A DNA stretch of 64,000 bases. Origin: Eubacteriales bacterium. Lineage in GTDB: Bacteria > Bacillota > Clostridia > Christensenellales > Aristaeellaceae. The notes under the pieces are model-generated. The model did no database searches and had not been told where the DNA came from. It was given only the letters and a program-made list of their open reading frames with translations. Below are positions 12,701 through 23,211 of this stretch, one piece after another. A program made the translations under genes and the position numbers. How positions within the stretch are numbered: the first letter of the stretch is position 1; every line of letters starts with the position of its first letter. Location: assembly GCA_028705775.1 (NCBI GenBank), contig JAQWCW010000003.1, positions 14,239-78,238 of the forward strand. Reading direction: 5' to 3'.

Positions 12701-15479
12701 ACAATGCGCCCGTGAACATGGAAGGGTCTGTACGTTTCCTCGTCGTTTCCGTAGAGGAGGCGGAAATCGAGCGAAGCCTCGCGGTTTTCCTTTATGGCAA
12801 GCGCAATTTCATCGCGAATCTGCTCCCTGTCGGCAGGGTGCGCGCTGCCGAGAACGTTCATGCTGTCATACGCAACGGGCGAGCGCCCGACAAGCTCCCA
12901 ATACCGCTTGTTTATATGCACAGCGCGCATTTTCCCGTCATCAATTTCAAAAAGCGCCGCGCCGCCGGGCAGGTTATCCAGCAGCTCCTTCTGCGCGTTC
13001 TTTTCGTTCGTTATGTCCGTGTAGGTCGTAAGCTGAACCTTGCCCTCCTGCTCAAACTCGGTCATCGAAATCTGGCTTCTGAGCCATATAACGCGCCCGT
13101 CGCGCCGCACAGCGCGATATTCAAGCACGGCGGGCTTTCCCGTCGTGCTGACGGCGGTCACAATACTTCTTACATATTCTGCGTCCTCGGCATACAGGGT
13201 CGTGAACGCCATATTGCCGACCTCTTGCCGGTACTGCTCAGGCGAGTAGCCAAGAATGTCGTAATACCTGTTATTCGCAAGCAGGTATTTGACATTTCCA
13301 TCCTTCAGCGAAACGGCGGTTATTCCGCAGTTCACGTTGTCCATAACAGCCTTGAGCTGACCCGCAATCAGTCTCTCCTTGCTTTCCGCCTCGCGCTGCG
13401 CGGTAATGTTCTGGTTTATGCAGTACACAAGATACCTGTCGCCGGTTGAGGCGATAACGCGCATTGTGGAATGCAGATACACTTTTCCGCGGCATCCGGG
13501 CAGGCTGATGAAGGTTATGTCGCGCGTGACCTCCTGCTGCGTTTCAAGGGATTTGTAAAGCGCGGCGAACAGCTCGTGCCTTTCGTTATCGTCCATGTGC
13601 GCAGCCCAGTTAAGCGCAAGCGCGTCGTCAATCGTCATTCCGGCGAGTCCGAGCATTTCCGCGTATTTTTCGCTTGCGCGCAGGATTTCAATTTTGCCGC
13701 TGTGGCACTCGAATATGCAGGCGCTGCCGATATAGCTGTTGAAAATAAGCGAATCAAGGGATTTGGGGTCCCAGAGCGAGTTGTTGTCAAGATGTTCGAT
13801 GGTTTCCATCGTGCGCAGCTTGATTTCCTTTTTGGGCGAGGCAAGCGCCTTTTCAAACTCCGCTTTGGGCATCGGCTTTGCGTAAAGATAGCCCTGAATA
13901 TACTTGCAGCCGATTGAAGCAAGATAGTCCGCCTGCTCCTTTTTCTCAACGCCCTCCGCGATAACGGACATTCCGAGCCATTTTGTCATGCGGACAATGC
14001 TTTCGATTATATTGCCGCCGCGCTCGGTGTCCCCGCTGTCCTCCATGAAGCGCATATCCAGCTTGAGCACCTGCGCCGGAACGCTTTTGAGCGTATTGAG
14101 CGAGGAATAGCCGCTTCCGAAATCGTCAATTTCCATCGTAAAGCCGTAATCGATAAGGCTCTTGACTACGGAAATAATCACGTCCGTATTCTCCGCAAAG
14201 GCGCTCTCCGTTATTTCAAGGCGGAGCATCGACGCGGGCAAATCGTATTTCTTTATAAGCCCGATTATCGTTTCCACCATATCGGGCATGAAAATATCAT
14301 AGCGCGAAATATTGACGGAAACGGGCAGGGGCGAAAGCCCGCGCTCCCGCCAGTCGGCAAGGCTTCTGCACGCTTCCTCCCACACGAATTTGTCCAGCTC
14401 GTATATAAAGCCGTTCTTTTCAAATATCGGCACGAATATGCCCGGCGAAACAAGCCCCTTCACGGGATGCCGCCAGCGCACAAGCGCCTCAGAGCCGACA
14501 AGCGCGCCGGTGGTGTGGTTGTACTGCGGCTGATACCATGCCTCAAACTGGCGCGCTTTCAGCGATTCAGCCATTTCCGTAACGATTTCCTGCTCCATAA
14601 TCAGGCGGCTTCGCATCGCCTCGTCATAATAGGCAATCTTATCCTTGAAGCGCCCCTTGACCGATTCCGCGGCAAGGGAAGCCCTGTCGAGCATTGCGCT
14701 CGGAGAGATAGTCCTGTCGCTCACCACATATCTGCCTATGCTGAACGATATCGGGGCAACAAGCCCGTCAACGCTGCTCGCCTTCCTGCGCATATCGGCA
14801 ATCTTTACGGAGTCCTGCTCGGAGGCAGGGTACAAAACGGCAAAATTGTCCGCCGCAACCCTGCACGTTATTCCGCCCATTTCGCCAAAGCCTACGGAAA
14901 ACACATTGGCGATATATTTCAGAACGTCGTCGCCCTTTTTTGTGCCGTACTGGTCGTTTATAACCCTGAAGCGGTCAATATCAAAGCACGCCATTACATA
15001 GAAGCCGTCGTCCTTTTCGGCAACCATTTCGGAAACCATCTCAAAAAGGCGGCTCTTGTATAAAGCCCCGTGAGCGCGTCGCGCTTCAGGGCGTTTATTG
15101 CGGCGGCGGTTTCCCAAAGGCGAATCGAGCTGCGCACCCGCTGCTTGATTATCGCGGGCTTGTAGGGCTTGCTTATATAGTCGCTCGCGCCAAGCCCGAA
15201 CGCCTTTTCTTCCGATTTAACGTCGGTCTGCCCCGTCATAACGATTATGGGCAGCTGCGAAAGCATACTGTCCCCGCGCAGCTTTACAAGCACATCAAAT
15301 CCGTCCATATCGGGCATCATCAGGTCAAGAAGCACAGCAGACAAGCCGCCCTGAGCAATTATGCTCAACGCGTCAGCCCCGTTCGACGCCTCCGCCGTTT
15401 CATACTCGCCGCCAAGAATGTTTTTGAGCATTTCGCGGTTAACAGCTATGTCGTCTACTATCAATATTCGTCTTTTCAT
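9706..15479 (-). pseudogene. giant REC-GGDEF(degenerate)-EAL-PAS array-GGDEF(degenerate, QDDEF)-REC-PAS-like c-di-GMP signalling protein, frameshifted as sequenced (ORF pieces 14994-15479 and 9706-15117)
   Basis: The REC ORF (MKRRILIVDD..DLMMPDMDG..KP) ends in the GGDEF-domain lead-in LKRDALTGLYTRAAF. The 1803-aa ORF continues in another frame with EMVSEMVAEKDDGFYVMACFDIDRFRVINDQYG. EAL motifs EALVRW, EITES, DDFGSGYSS, EGVE, QGY. Second REC has LLDLMMPGMDG..TKP. Confidence 0.85.
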
Positions 15480-15657
15480 CGTGCGCTCCCTTGCAAAACG
15501 CGCGGTGTGCGCAGGGCACAAACCGGCTATGCTTTATCTGAATGCGATAATTTTAACAATCTTACGGCAGAAATCTGAAAATTCAATAGGCAGGCGCCGC
15601 TTGGCTTGCAGGAACAGTGAGGGCATTCCCGACATATTCTTATCAGATGCTTTTTGT

Positions 15658-15686
15658 ATTATATCATAATTGTTCTCTGCCGACAA
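15658..15686 (-). promoter_or_regulatory. candidate sigma-A promoter for the giant REC-GGDEF-EAL gene
   Basis: On the minus strand: TTGTCG, 17 nt spacer, TATAAT, about 175 nt upstream of the ATG at 15479. Confidence 0.4.
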
Positions 15687-15906
15687 TATCCGCAGTATAT
15701 AATTGCAAAGTTTATTTATTTTCTATCATATTTCCGCAGTTAAGGAGGGAGAAAAAGGGGTGAAAAAAGAGAAGAAGGCGGAATAAAGTTGATTGCAAGG
15801 CGGGTAAAGGCGGGCGAAGAAGGAGCGCAAGCGCGGTCAGTACAAACGGAGAGGGAACGATTCAGGTAAGCGGAGCAGGAACGGCGAAGGAGGTTGGCGC
15901 GAGCAT

Positions 15907-16112
15907 AAACCGTCTGCACAAGCAGACGGTTTACTAAAAGAAGGCTCGTATGTAGTAAAGGGAGCTGGCGCGTAGCGCCTGAGGGATTGTCGTAAACGCT
16001 TGATATATAAGGGGTTGCGCCTACTATTCAACAGCATTCCTTGCGAGAATCCAACCGACAATCCTTCCGTCACGGCTACGCCGTGCCACCTGTTCTTGCA
16101 CAAGGGAGGCTT
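15907..16112 (+). repeat. interspersed composite repeat, copy b
   Basis: Hairpin AAACCGTCTGCACAAGCAGACGGTTT at 15907-15932. Unit A (inverted) at 15957-15992. Unit B at 16055-16112. Shared tail ATCCGGTATCGTTGCCGTACTG. Confidence 0.8.
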
Positions 16113-16488
16113 AATCCGGTATCGTTGCCGTACTGCGAAACAGTCTCTTGTTGGTTCGCGTTCCCCGTTCCATTCTCTCCACACAAAAACATATATGAAA
16201 ATATAATAATTCATCAATCATCTTATAAAAGCATTGATTTTGCGGTTCCTCTGGTGTAAAATTGCAATAGTCAATTAATCCACAAATTAACCGCGCAGGG
16301 CATTATCGGTAAAAACCATTATGTCAATGAGCGCGCGGCAAAGCCAAAGACGGTTTTGAGCAATAACAGGGCAGCGCAGGCAGCGCTTTTGCGCATGATT
16401 GGTATTTCCCGCGCAATCATTATCACGCGCAATCGGGATTCCGCCGTATTTTTTGGCGTTTCTCCGTCCAAACGGCGTTTCGCCATCA

Positions 16489-16620
16489 TTCGGCGCTCCG
16501 CCGCAAGCCCTTTTACCGCAGCCTCGTTCGGCGCTCCGCCGCAAGCCCTTTTACCGCAGCCTCGTTCGGCGCTCCGCCGCAAGCCCTTTTACCGCAGCCC
16601 CATTCGGCGCTCCGCCGTCC
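16489..16620. repeat. 38-bp tandem repeat, about 3.4 copies (TTCGGCGCTCCGCCGCAAGCCCTTTTACCGCAGCCTCG)
   Basis: Read directly. The 38-nt period is not a multiple of 3, so each copy falls in a different reading frame. Flanked by more degenerate related sequence over about 16400-16760. Confidence 0.85.
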
Positions 16621-16823
16621 GGACGGCATTCCGTCACCACACCTTTAACGCCGCCCCGCCCGCGCGCTGCCGCTTAATCGGCGTCTCACGCGCAACAGTT
16701 ATCCCCCATCCGGCGTTTCGTCCCCGTCCGGCGCTCTGCCGCGCCGCCCAATATTTATTACTCGGCATATCAGAAAAAGTTCGCGGGCAAGCATATGCCG
16801 GCGCGAAAAGCGAGGAACAGAAA

Positions 16824-18152
16824 GTGTCAGCGATTCCAGCAAGCAAAGAAATTTATCTGAACGAAACGGAAGTTAAGCCCAATCTGTACGCCTCGCGCGT
16901 GCTTGCGGGCATTGTCGGCGTCATCTGCATAGTTTTCGTGCTCAACATCACCGGAATATTCACCCTAGATTACATACTGGTATTCCTTTCCCTGATTGTC
17001 TCCGCCTCAATCTTCATAGCAATGCGCCTGCTGGTTCGCAATCCCGTAATGGTAGTAAAGCCCGTCACCAAATATATTATGCTCGCAATGGAGCTGCTGC
17101 TCGTTCTGACGGTTACGGTTCTGCTCAACGTTCATGCGGTTCTGGGCTTTGTGCTTCCCGTTCTGCTGGCTACGCAGTACCGCTCCTATAAATTTTCGCG
17201 CTGCGCGATTCTAGGCTCATGCCTTTGCTGCCTTGCAGCGCCGATATTTTCATACCTTCTTGAAACGTGGGATTTAATCTTCATGACGGGCTATATCGAA
17301 ACCTTCTGCCGCGTGTCGGTAAGCCCCGTGCCTGCCGCAGAAGGCAGCTTCCTCATTGCCGTATGGCAGATAACCCTTTACTGGTCAATGCCGCAGGCGC
17401 TGACGCTGCTCGCCTTTGGAATAATACTGCAATCCGTTACCAAAAACGGAATCGACAGCGTTCGGAATCATATGCGCGTAGCGGATTTGAGCGAGGATTT
17501 GAACAGGCAGCTGGGCAGCATAGTTTCGATGCAGGAAAAGGTGCTTTACTCGATGTCCGACATAATCGAAAACCGCGACATTGAAACGGGCAGCCATGTA
17601 AGACGCACAAGCGAGATTGTGCGCCTGCTCACAAACGCAATGCTGCGCGACGAGCAAAGCGGCGTTACGGAGGACTTTTGCAACTCCGTCGTCAAATGCG
17701 CGCCGATGCACGATTTGGGCAAGATAGCGATTCCCGACACGATTCTGAGAAAGCCCGGAAAGCTTACGCGCGAGGAATATGAAATCGTCAAGAAGCACCC
17801 TGAGAACAGCGCGAAGATAATCGAGCAGGCGCTTACGGGAATCGAGGACGAGCGCCTGATGAAGATTGCAAAGAACATAGCGCTTTACCATCACGAGCGG
17901 ATGGACGGCAAGGGCTACCCCTGCGGGCTGTGCGGCAAGGATATACCGCTTGAGGCGCGGATTATGGCAATCGCGGACGTATACGACGCGCTTGTCAGCG
18001 AGCGCTGTTACAAAGCCCCGATGGACGCGCGCGAGGCGTACATAACGATTGAGCAATCAATGGGAACGCAGTTCGACATCTCGCTCAACAAGTATTTCAT
18101 CGAGTGCAGGGAACAGATAGAAAGCTATTATTTTGCCAAAAAGTCCGCATGA
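16824..18152 (+). CDS. membrane-anchored HD-GYP domain c-di-GMP phosphodiesterase
   Basis: C-terminal HD-GYP motifs HDLGKIAIPD and HHERMDGKGYP. Multi-TM N-terminal region. Start placed at the in-frame GTG at 16824 (GAGGAA RBS), because the ORF call from 16356 runs through the non-coding tandem repeat. The start is uncertain. Confidence 0.8.
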   Translation: MSAIPASKEIYLNETEVKPNLYASRVLAGIVGVICIVFVLNITGIFTLDYILVFLSLIVSASIFIAMRLLVRNPVMVVKPVTKYIMLAMELLLVLTVTVLLNVHAVLGFVLPVLLATQYRSYKFSRCAILGSCLCCLAAPIFSYLLETWDLIFMTGYIETFCRVSVSPVPAAEGSFLIAVWQITLYWSMPQALTLLAFGIILQSVTKNGIDSVRNHMRVADLSEDLNRQLGSIVSMQEKVLYSMSDIIENRDIETGSHVRRTSEIVRLLTNAMLRDEQSGVTEDFCNSVVKCAPMHDLGKIAIPDTILRKPGKLTREEYEIVKKHPENSAKIIEQALTGIEDERLMKIAKNIALYHHERMDGKGYPCGLCGKDIPLEARIMAIADVYDALVSERCYKAPMDAREAYITIEQSMGTQFDISLNKYFIECREQIESYYFAKKSA

Positions 18153-18343
18153 GCGCGCAATCAGCCAAAGGGAAGCGCAAAGCTCTTTCAAAAATCTATA
18201 ATCTGATATATAATACGCGTATACAAGCCGGCATTGAATAGCTCTATCCGCAAAAGAGCGCGGGTAAATCGCATTCTGCCTTCCGTACCATTCGCAAGCA
18301 CGATTTAACGGCGTCTGACGAGTCGTCGGCGCGAAAGGATTAT

Positions 18344-21300
18344 ATGCAGCCGCAGAGGGTGAAAAACCAAAAAGCAAATACGGGAGAAAAGACGGCGCAC
18401 GGCGCAAGAATTCCGAAAATCCTTGTCGCGCCTATTTTGTCGTTCCTGCTAATCTTTGCGTCGATTGCGTTTACGGGCGTCGGCAACGTAAGGCACGCGA
18501 GCGAAACGGCGCGCGAAGTGCTTATGGCGTCCGCAAAGGAGCAGTCCTCCGTGCTTTCCGCAACATGGCGCGGGCAGGTTGACACGCTCGCCGCCGTTGC
18601 AATCGAGCTTGCGGAATACGATGAAATCAATATGGAAGCGGCGCTGAAAAGGCTTCTCCGCCTGCAGCGCGAGGGCGATTACAGCCGCCTCATGTTTTCC
18701 TTGGGCGACGGAATCGCGCATAGCGCAGACGGCTCTGTATTTGACATATCCTCGCGCGGCTACCTGAAGCGCGCAATGAGCGGAAAGTGGGCTGTCGAGC
18801 GCATTCCGGAAGGAATGGACGGAACGGGAAGCTTTATTGCGCTTGCCGTTCCTATAATAAAGGACGATAAGATTATCGGCGCCGTCGAGGGCATTTACGG
18901 CGAGGAGCGCCTTTCTAAGCTGATTATTCCGGAGGTGTTCGGCGGCGAGGCGTACTCCGTAATATGCAGGGAGGACGGAACGGTCTCCATTGAAACAGAA
19001 AATCCCAGCTTCGGCGGCGAGAATATGCTTGCGGTAATCGAGGAAGCGATGAACGGCAGGCAGGGCAGCTTTTCCGCAATCAGGGAGGACGTAGCAAGCG
19101 GGCGGCAGGGTACGTTCACCGTGCGCCTTTCGGGAAGAAAGCTCTACGCCGCATATGTTCCGCTCGACTCGCGCTCAGCCGGCGGCGAAAGGCTTATGCT
19201 TTTCAGCTTCGTTCCCGCAGCGCAGGTTGACGCGCCCGCAATAAGGCAGACCTATTACAACGTGCTTATGCTTATAACCGCGCTGGTCGGCGGCGCGATT
19301 ACCTTCATATGGCTGCTCAGGCATCAGAAAAAAACGGAGCTACGCCTTCGGGAGGAACGCGACCACCTGATGGTTATCGAAAAGCAGAACCGGATAACGA
19401 TGGAAAAATCTGGTCTGATTATGGCAAGATACGATTTGAAAACCGGCACGGTATGCGGCGAGTCCGCGCTTGTGTCGGCGCTAGGCTATCAGAGCGGGGT
19501 AATGCACACGCCGGATTCCTTTATTTCAGGCGGCGTTGTCGCGCCCGAAAGCATAGAGGAGCTGCGCAAATTCTACGCAAATCTCCGCGCCGGCAAGCTC
19601 GGAACAGCCGTAGTATCGCTCAAAACGCCCGACAGCGGCTTCCGCTGGTTCTCAATAGACGCGAGCTTTGCCGAGGATTCGGAGGGCAAGCCGTATCAGG
19701 CAATACTAATCATGCGCGACGTTACCGAAAAGCAGGAAAAGGAAGCGCTCTATCAGAACTGGCTCAAGACAATCCGGCAGAAGGACGTGCGGAGCTACTC
19801 GCTTTTCAGGTGCAATCTGAGCAAGGGCGACTCCTTCAGCGCGTCGGAGGGCAGCCTGCTTACCATCTGCTTCTCCCCGGGGCCGCACACCTTCAACGAG
19901 CGCACGGACGAATATGCGGGCAGGTTCGTTCACATTGACGATTACGACGCATACAAGGCGCTTCTGAACTCCGAAAACCTGCTTGCGAGCTATTATCGCG
20001 GCAAAACGAAGCATACAATGGAATACAGGGAAAACACGGGCGCGGAGAAATACCGCTGGCTTCGCGTTACAATCGAAACCCTGAAATACCCTGTCGGCGA
20101 CGATATCGAAGTGCTGCTGATGTACGACGATATCGACGAAAAAAAGCGCGCGGAGCTGAAGGAAAAGGAAAAGGCGTCCATCGACCCGATGACGGGCGTG
20201 CTGAACCGCTCCGCGTTCGTTGAGCGCCTTTCCGCAGTTTTCACGGATAAGGAAAAAACCTCATACGCCGTCATCCTAATCGACCTTGACGGCTTCAAGC
20301 AGATTAACGATTCGTTCGGGCACGCGGTGGGCGACCAAGCGCTTTACGAGGTCGGGCAGTCGCTTCTCTCCGTCGTTTCAAGCGGCGATATTCTGGGCAG
20401 AATCGGCGGCGACGAGTTCATGATTTTTGCCCGCGGAATCGAAAGCCAAGCCGTAGCGGAAAAGCGCGCAATTCAGATTCAGGCGCTTCTGCGCAGGGCG
20501 TACAGCCTTGACGTGAACCTTTCCGCGAGCATTGGAATCGCGTTTTACCCCTCGGACGGCAGCGATTTCAAAACGCTGTACCGCAATGCGGATATAGCGC
20601 TTTATGCCGCAAAGCAGAGCGGAAGGGATGCCTTCTCCTTCTATATAGGCGAAAATCCGCCGAATAGGCAAAGCGCCATATCGCCGGCAACTCAGCTGTA
20701 CCGCGGCAGCGAGAAGCGAAGAATTATTGTATACGAAAAGGACGAGGAAGTAATCGACGAGATTACGGGGCTGTACGCCGATAATTACAAAATCGAGATT
20801 TGCGAGGACGAGAGGGAGCTTCTTTACCGCCTGCGCAAGTACGGAATGGCGATTTCGGCAGTCCTTCTCAGCCTTGACGTTCAGGACACTGACGGCTTCT
20901 CCCTCCTTGCCGATTTGCGCAGAAACGATACCTCCGGCTCCGTTCCGATAGTTGTTATTAGCGCGGAGCGCGGGCAATGCGTTGCGGCGCTTCGCTGCGG
21001 CGCGCGCGATTATATACCAAAGCCAATAAACCGCGACGTGCTCAGGGCGCGCGTTGAGGCGGCGATTGCTCAGGTTGACAATGAGCGCCTGCGCGCGCAG
21101 AACGCGTATCTGCAAACGCAGAGCGGCGAGCGCTCCAAATACAGGACGGTTTTTGAAAACACGGGAACGCTCGTTGTGGAATACGACTGGCTCACCGGTG
21201 CCTTTACCTACGACCCCGATATGTCGCAGAAGATTTGCGGCAGATATGACTCGCGCTCGCTGTGGATGATTCTGCTTTCCGACATGGTTGCGGACGCGAT

Positions 21301-23194
21301 GGACGTAAAGCGCCTTCAGGAGTCGGTGCATGATTTGGCGACGGACAGAAAGGCGCAGAGCGCAAAGAAGGACGTTCGCCTGAAAACCCCCGACGGCTCC
21401 CGCCATTGGTTTGCCGTTACGATGTTCAAGCGCATAAACGAGCTGAAGCTGACCAGCCGGATTATAATGACCTTTGCCGACATAAACGACAACGTGCTGA
21501 CGGAGGACAGGCTTCGCTATCAGGCGGAGCATGACGCGCTTACGGGGCTTTACAACCGCAGCGCTTTCCTTGCCGCTGCCGAAATGGTGATTCGCACAGG
21601 CAGCGAAAACACCTATGTGCTTATGTGTACGGATATTGACAATTTCCGCTTCATCAACGAGCGCTTCGGACGGGACGAGGGCGACAGGCTGCTCAAATAC
21701 TCCGCTGAAAAGCTGCGCACGCATACGGAGAGCGTAAACGGGCTTGCGGGGCGCCTGAGCAACGACGTTTTCGCCATACTGGTCAGGAATACGCCGACCG
21801 TTTTCACAACCGCGGAGCAGATTATACTGAACTTCTTCAAGGACTATCCGCTCAAAACGAACCTGACCTGCCGCGTAGGCGCATATGTGATAAACGATAA
21901 GGAAATGACCGTCGACACGATGCTCGACCATGCCGCGACAGCAAAGGAATCAATACGCGGCAAGTACGGAAAGCGCCTTGCGCTTTTCGACGAGAGCATG
22001 AACGAGCAGGCGCTTCTGGAAAAAGACATAGCCGACCATATGGAGGCGGCGCTTGCGGAAAAGCAGTTCGAGGTTTACATTCAGCCGCAGTTCCATCACG
22101 CGAGCGGAGCAATCGTCGGCGCGGAGGCGCTTGTACGATGGCTGCGCCCCGACCGCGGTCTGGTATCCCCCGCCGCGTTCATTCCCGTGTTTGAAAAGAA
22201 CGGCTTTATCGTAAAGCTTGACGAATACGTATGGGAAAAAACCGCCGAGCTGATGAGCGAATGGATTCGCAAGGGCATGAATGTCGTCCCCGTATCGGTG
22301 AACGTATCGCGCGAGGACACAAAGGATTCCGAGCTTTGCGCGCGCCTGAGGCGGATAGTCGAAAAGCACAGTATTCCCAAGGATTTCTTCCGTATAGAAA
22401 TTACGGAAAGCCTTTTCGCGGACGACGCGGAGCGCCTGCGCACCGTTGTTGACGAGCTGCACGAAGCGGGCTTCCTTGTGGAAATGGACGATTTCGGAAG
22501 CGGCTATTCCTCGTTCAATATACTCAAGGATATTCCGGTTGACATACTCAAGCTCGATATGCGCTTCTTATCCGGCGAGGATAACCTCGGTCGCGGCGGA
22601 ATGATTGTCGGCGCGGTTCTGAGAATGTCGCGCTGGCTCGGAATACCCGTTATAGCGGAGGGCGTTGAGAAAAAGCATCAGGCGGATTCCCTTCTGAGCG
22701 TCGGCTGCCCGACAATTCAGGGCTACATCTATGAAAAACCGATGCCCGCAGAGGAATACGCAAAGCGCTTCCTTGAAAGCAACGCCGCGCGCGCCCTGCC
22801 TGAAAACAACATTGAAACGCAGCTTGACACGCACAGCTTCTGGGATTCCACCTCGCTCGACTCGCGCCTGTTCAACCTGTATATAGGGCCTGCCGCCGTG
22901 GTTGAATACCATATGGGCGAATATGAATTCCTGAGGATGAACAAGCGCTTCATGGATTTGATGATGATAGACGACAATGCGGCAATGCCCGCCTGCCTGC
23001 TCATGCGCTTTTCGCAGGAGGACAGACCGGCAATCAAGAGCGCGGTTCTCAGCCTTATCGAAACGGGCAAAGAAACGTCGTTCAGCGCGCGCGCCCATCT
23101 GAGCGACGGCAGCGAGAAGCGTCTCAGCGTCGCCCTGCGCCTGATTGCAAAGAGCGAGGACAGGGCGCTGATATTCGCCGCGCTGGATAAATAG
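18344..23194 (+). CDS. giant TM/Cache-like sensor-PAS-GGDEF-REC-PAS-like-GGDEF(degenerate)-EAL-PAS c-di-GMP signalling protein
   Basis: 1616-aa ORF. N-terminal TM helix, an extracytoplasmic Cache-like region, then a second TM. Intact RIGGDEF. Internal REC (LLSLDVQDTDG..IPKP). Degenerate RLSNDVF GGDEF. EAL motifs EALVRW, EITES, DDFGSGYSS, EGVE, QGY. Confidence 0.9.
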   Translation: MQPQRVKNQKANTGEKTAHGARIPKILVAPILSFLLIFASIAFTGVGNVRHASETAREVLMASAKEQSSVLSATWRGQVDTLAAVAIELAEYDEINMEAALKRLLRLQREGDYSRLMFSLGDGIAHSADGSVFDISSRGYLKRAMSGKWAVERIPEGMDGTGSFIALAVPIIKDDKIIGAVEGIYGEERLSKLIIPEVFGGEAYSVICREDGTVSIETENPSFGGENMLAVIEEAMNGRQGSFSAIREDVASGRQGTFTVRLSGRKLYAAYVPLDSRSAGGERLMLFSFVPAAQVDAPAIRQTYYNVLMLITALVGGAITFIWLLRHQKKTELRLREERDHLMVIEKQNRITMEKSGLIMARYDLKTGTVCGESALVSALGYQSGVMHTPDSFISGGVVAPESIEELRKFYANLRAGKLGTAVVSLKTPDSGFRWFSIDASFAEDSEGKPYQAILIMRDVTEKQEKEALYQNWLKTIRQKDVRSYSLFRCNLSKGDSFSASEGSLLTICFSPGPHTFNERTDEYAGRFVHIDDYDAYKALLNSENLLASYYRGKTKHTMEYRENTGAEKYRWLRVTIETLKYPVGDDIEVLLMYDDIDEKKRAELKEKEKASIDPMTGVLNRSAFVERLSAVFTDKEKTSYAVILIDLDGFKQINDSFGHAVGDQALYEVGQSLLSVVSSGDILGRIGGDEFMIFARGIESQAVAEKRAIQIQALLRRAYSLDVNLSASIGIAFYPSDGSDFKTLYRNADIALYAAKQSGRDAFSFYIGENPPNRQSAISPATQLYRGSEKRRIIVYEKDEEVIDEITGLYADNYKIEICEDERELLYRLRKYGMAISAVLLSLDVQDTDGFSLLADLRRNDTSGSVPIVVISAERGQCVAALRCGARDYIPKPINRDVLRARVEAAIAQVDNERLRAQNAYLQTQSGERSKYRTVFENTGTLVVEYDWLTGAFTYDPDMSQKICGRYDSRSLWMILLSDMVADAMDVKRLQESVHDLATDRKAQSAKKDVRLKTPDGSRHWFAVTMFKRINELKLTSRIIMTFADINDNVLTEDRLRYQAEHDALTGLYNRSAFLAAAEMVIRTGSENTYVLMCTDIDNFRFINERFGRDEGDRLLKYSAEKLRTHTESVNGLAGRLSNDVFAILVRNTPTVFTTAEQIILNFFKDYPLKTNLTCRVGAYVINDKEMTVDTMLDHAATAKESIRGKYGKRLALFDESMNEQALLEKDIADHMEAALAEKQFEVYIQPQFHHASGAIVGAEALVRWLRPDRGLVSPAAFIPVFEKNGFIVKLDEYVWEKTAELMSEWIRKGMNVVPVSVNVSREDTKDSELCARLRRIVEKHSIPKDFFRIEITESLFADDAERLRTVVDELHEAGFLVEMDDFGSGYSSFNILKDIPVDILKLDMRFLSGEDNLGRGGMIVGAVLRMSRWLGIPVIAEGVEKKHQADSLLSVGCPTIQGYIYEKPMPAEEYAKRFLESNAARALPENNIETQLDTHSFWDSTSLDSRLFNLYIGPAAVVEYHMGEYEFLRMNKRFMDLMMIDDNAAMPACLLMRFSQEDRPAIKSAVLSLIETGKETSFSARAHLSDGSEKRLSVALRLIAKSEDRALIFAALDK

Positions 23195-23211
23195 AAAGGA
23201 GCGTCGGTTTT

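Noticed and set aside
15837-16259. Small ORFs inside the interspersed repeats (15837-16217, 16000-16206, 16041-16259; also 8292-8504, 8245-8517, 44552-44857, 44834-45043).
   Set aside because: They lie wholly within the repeat elements, occur on both strands, lack RBSs, and differ between copies by frame-breaking changes. They are treated as non-coding repeat sequence.
16489-16620. Possible CRISPR array.
   Set aside because: The repeats are directly adjacent with no unique spacers, and there are no cas genes. It is a plain tandem repeat. The same applies to 7959-8234.
16356-16823. N-terminal 156-codon extension of the HD-GYP ORF, and the minus-strand ORFs 16287-16582.
   Set aside because: The extension reads through a 38-bp tandem repeat whose period is not divisible by 3. 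The same DNA is therefore translated in three different frames, which is not protein-like. An in-frame GTG with an RBS at 16824 precedes the first TM helix.
20378-21931. 517-aa ORF on the minus strand inside the giant GGDEF-EAL gene.
   Set aside because: It is an antisense shadow ORF. It has no RBS and no motifs, while the sense strand carries clear GGDEF, REC and EAL domains.
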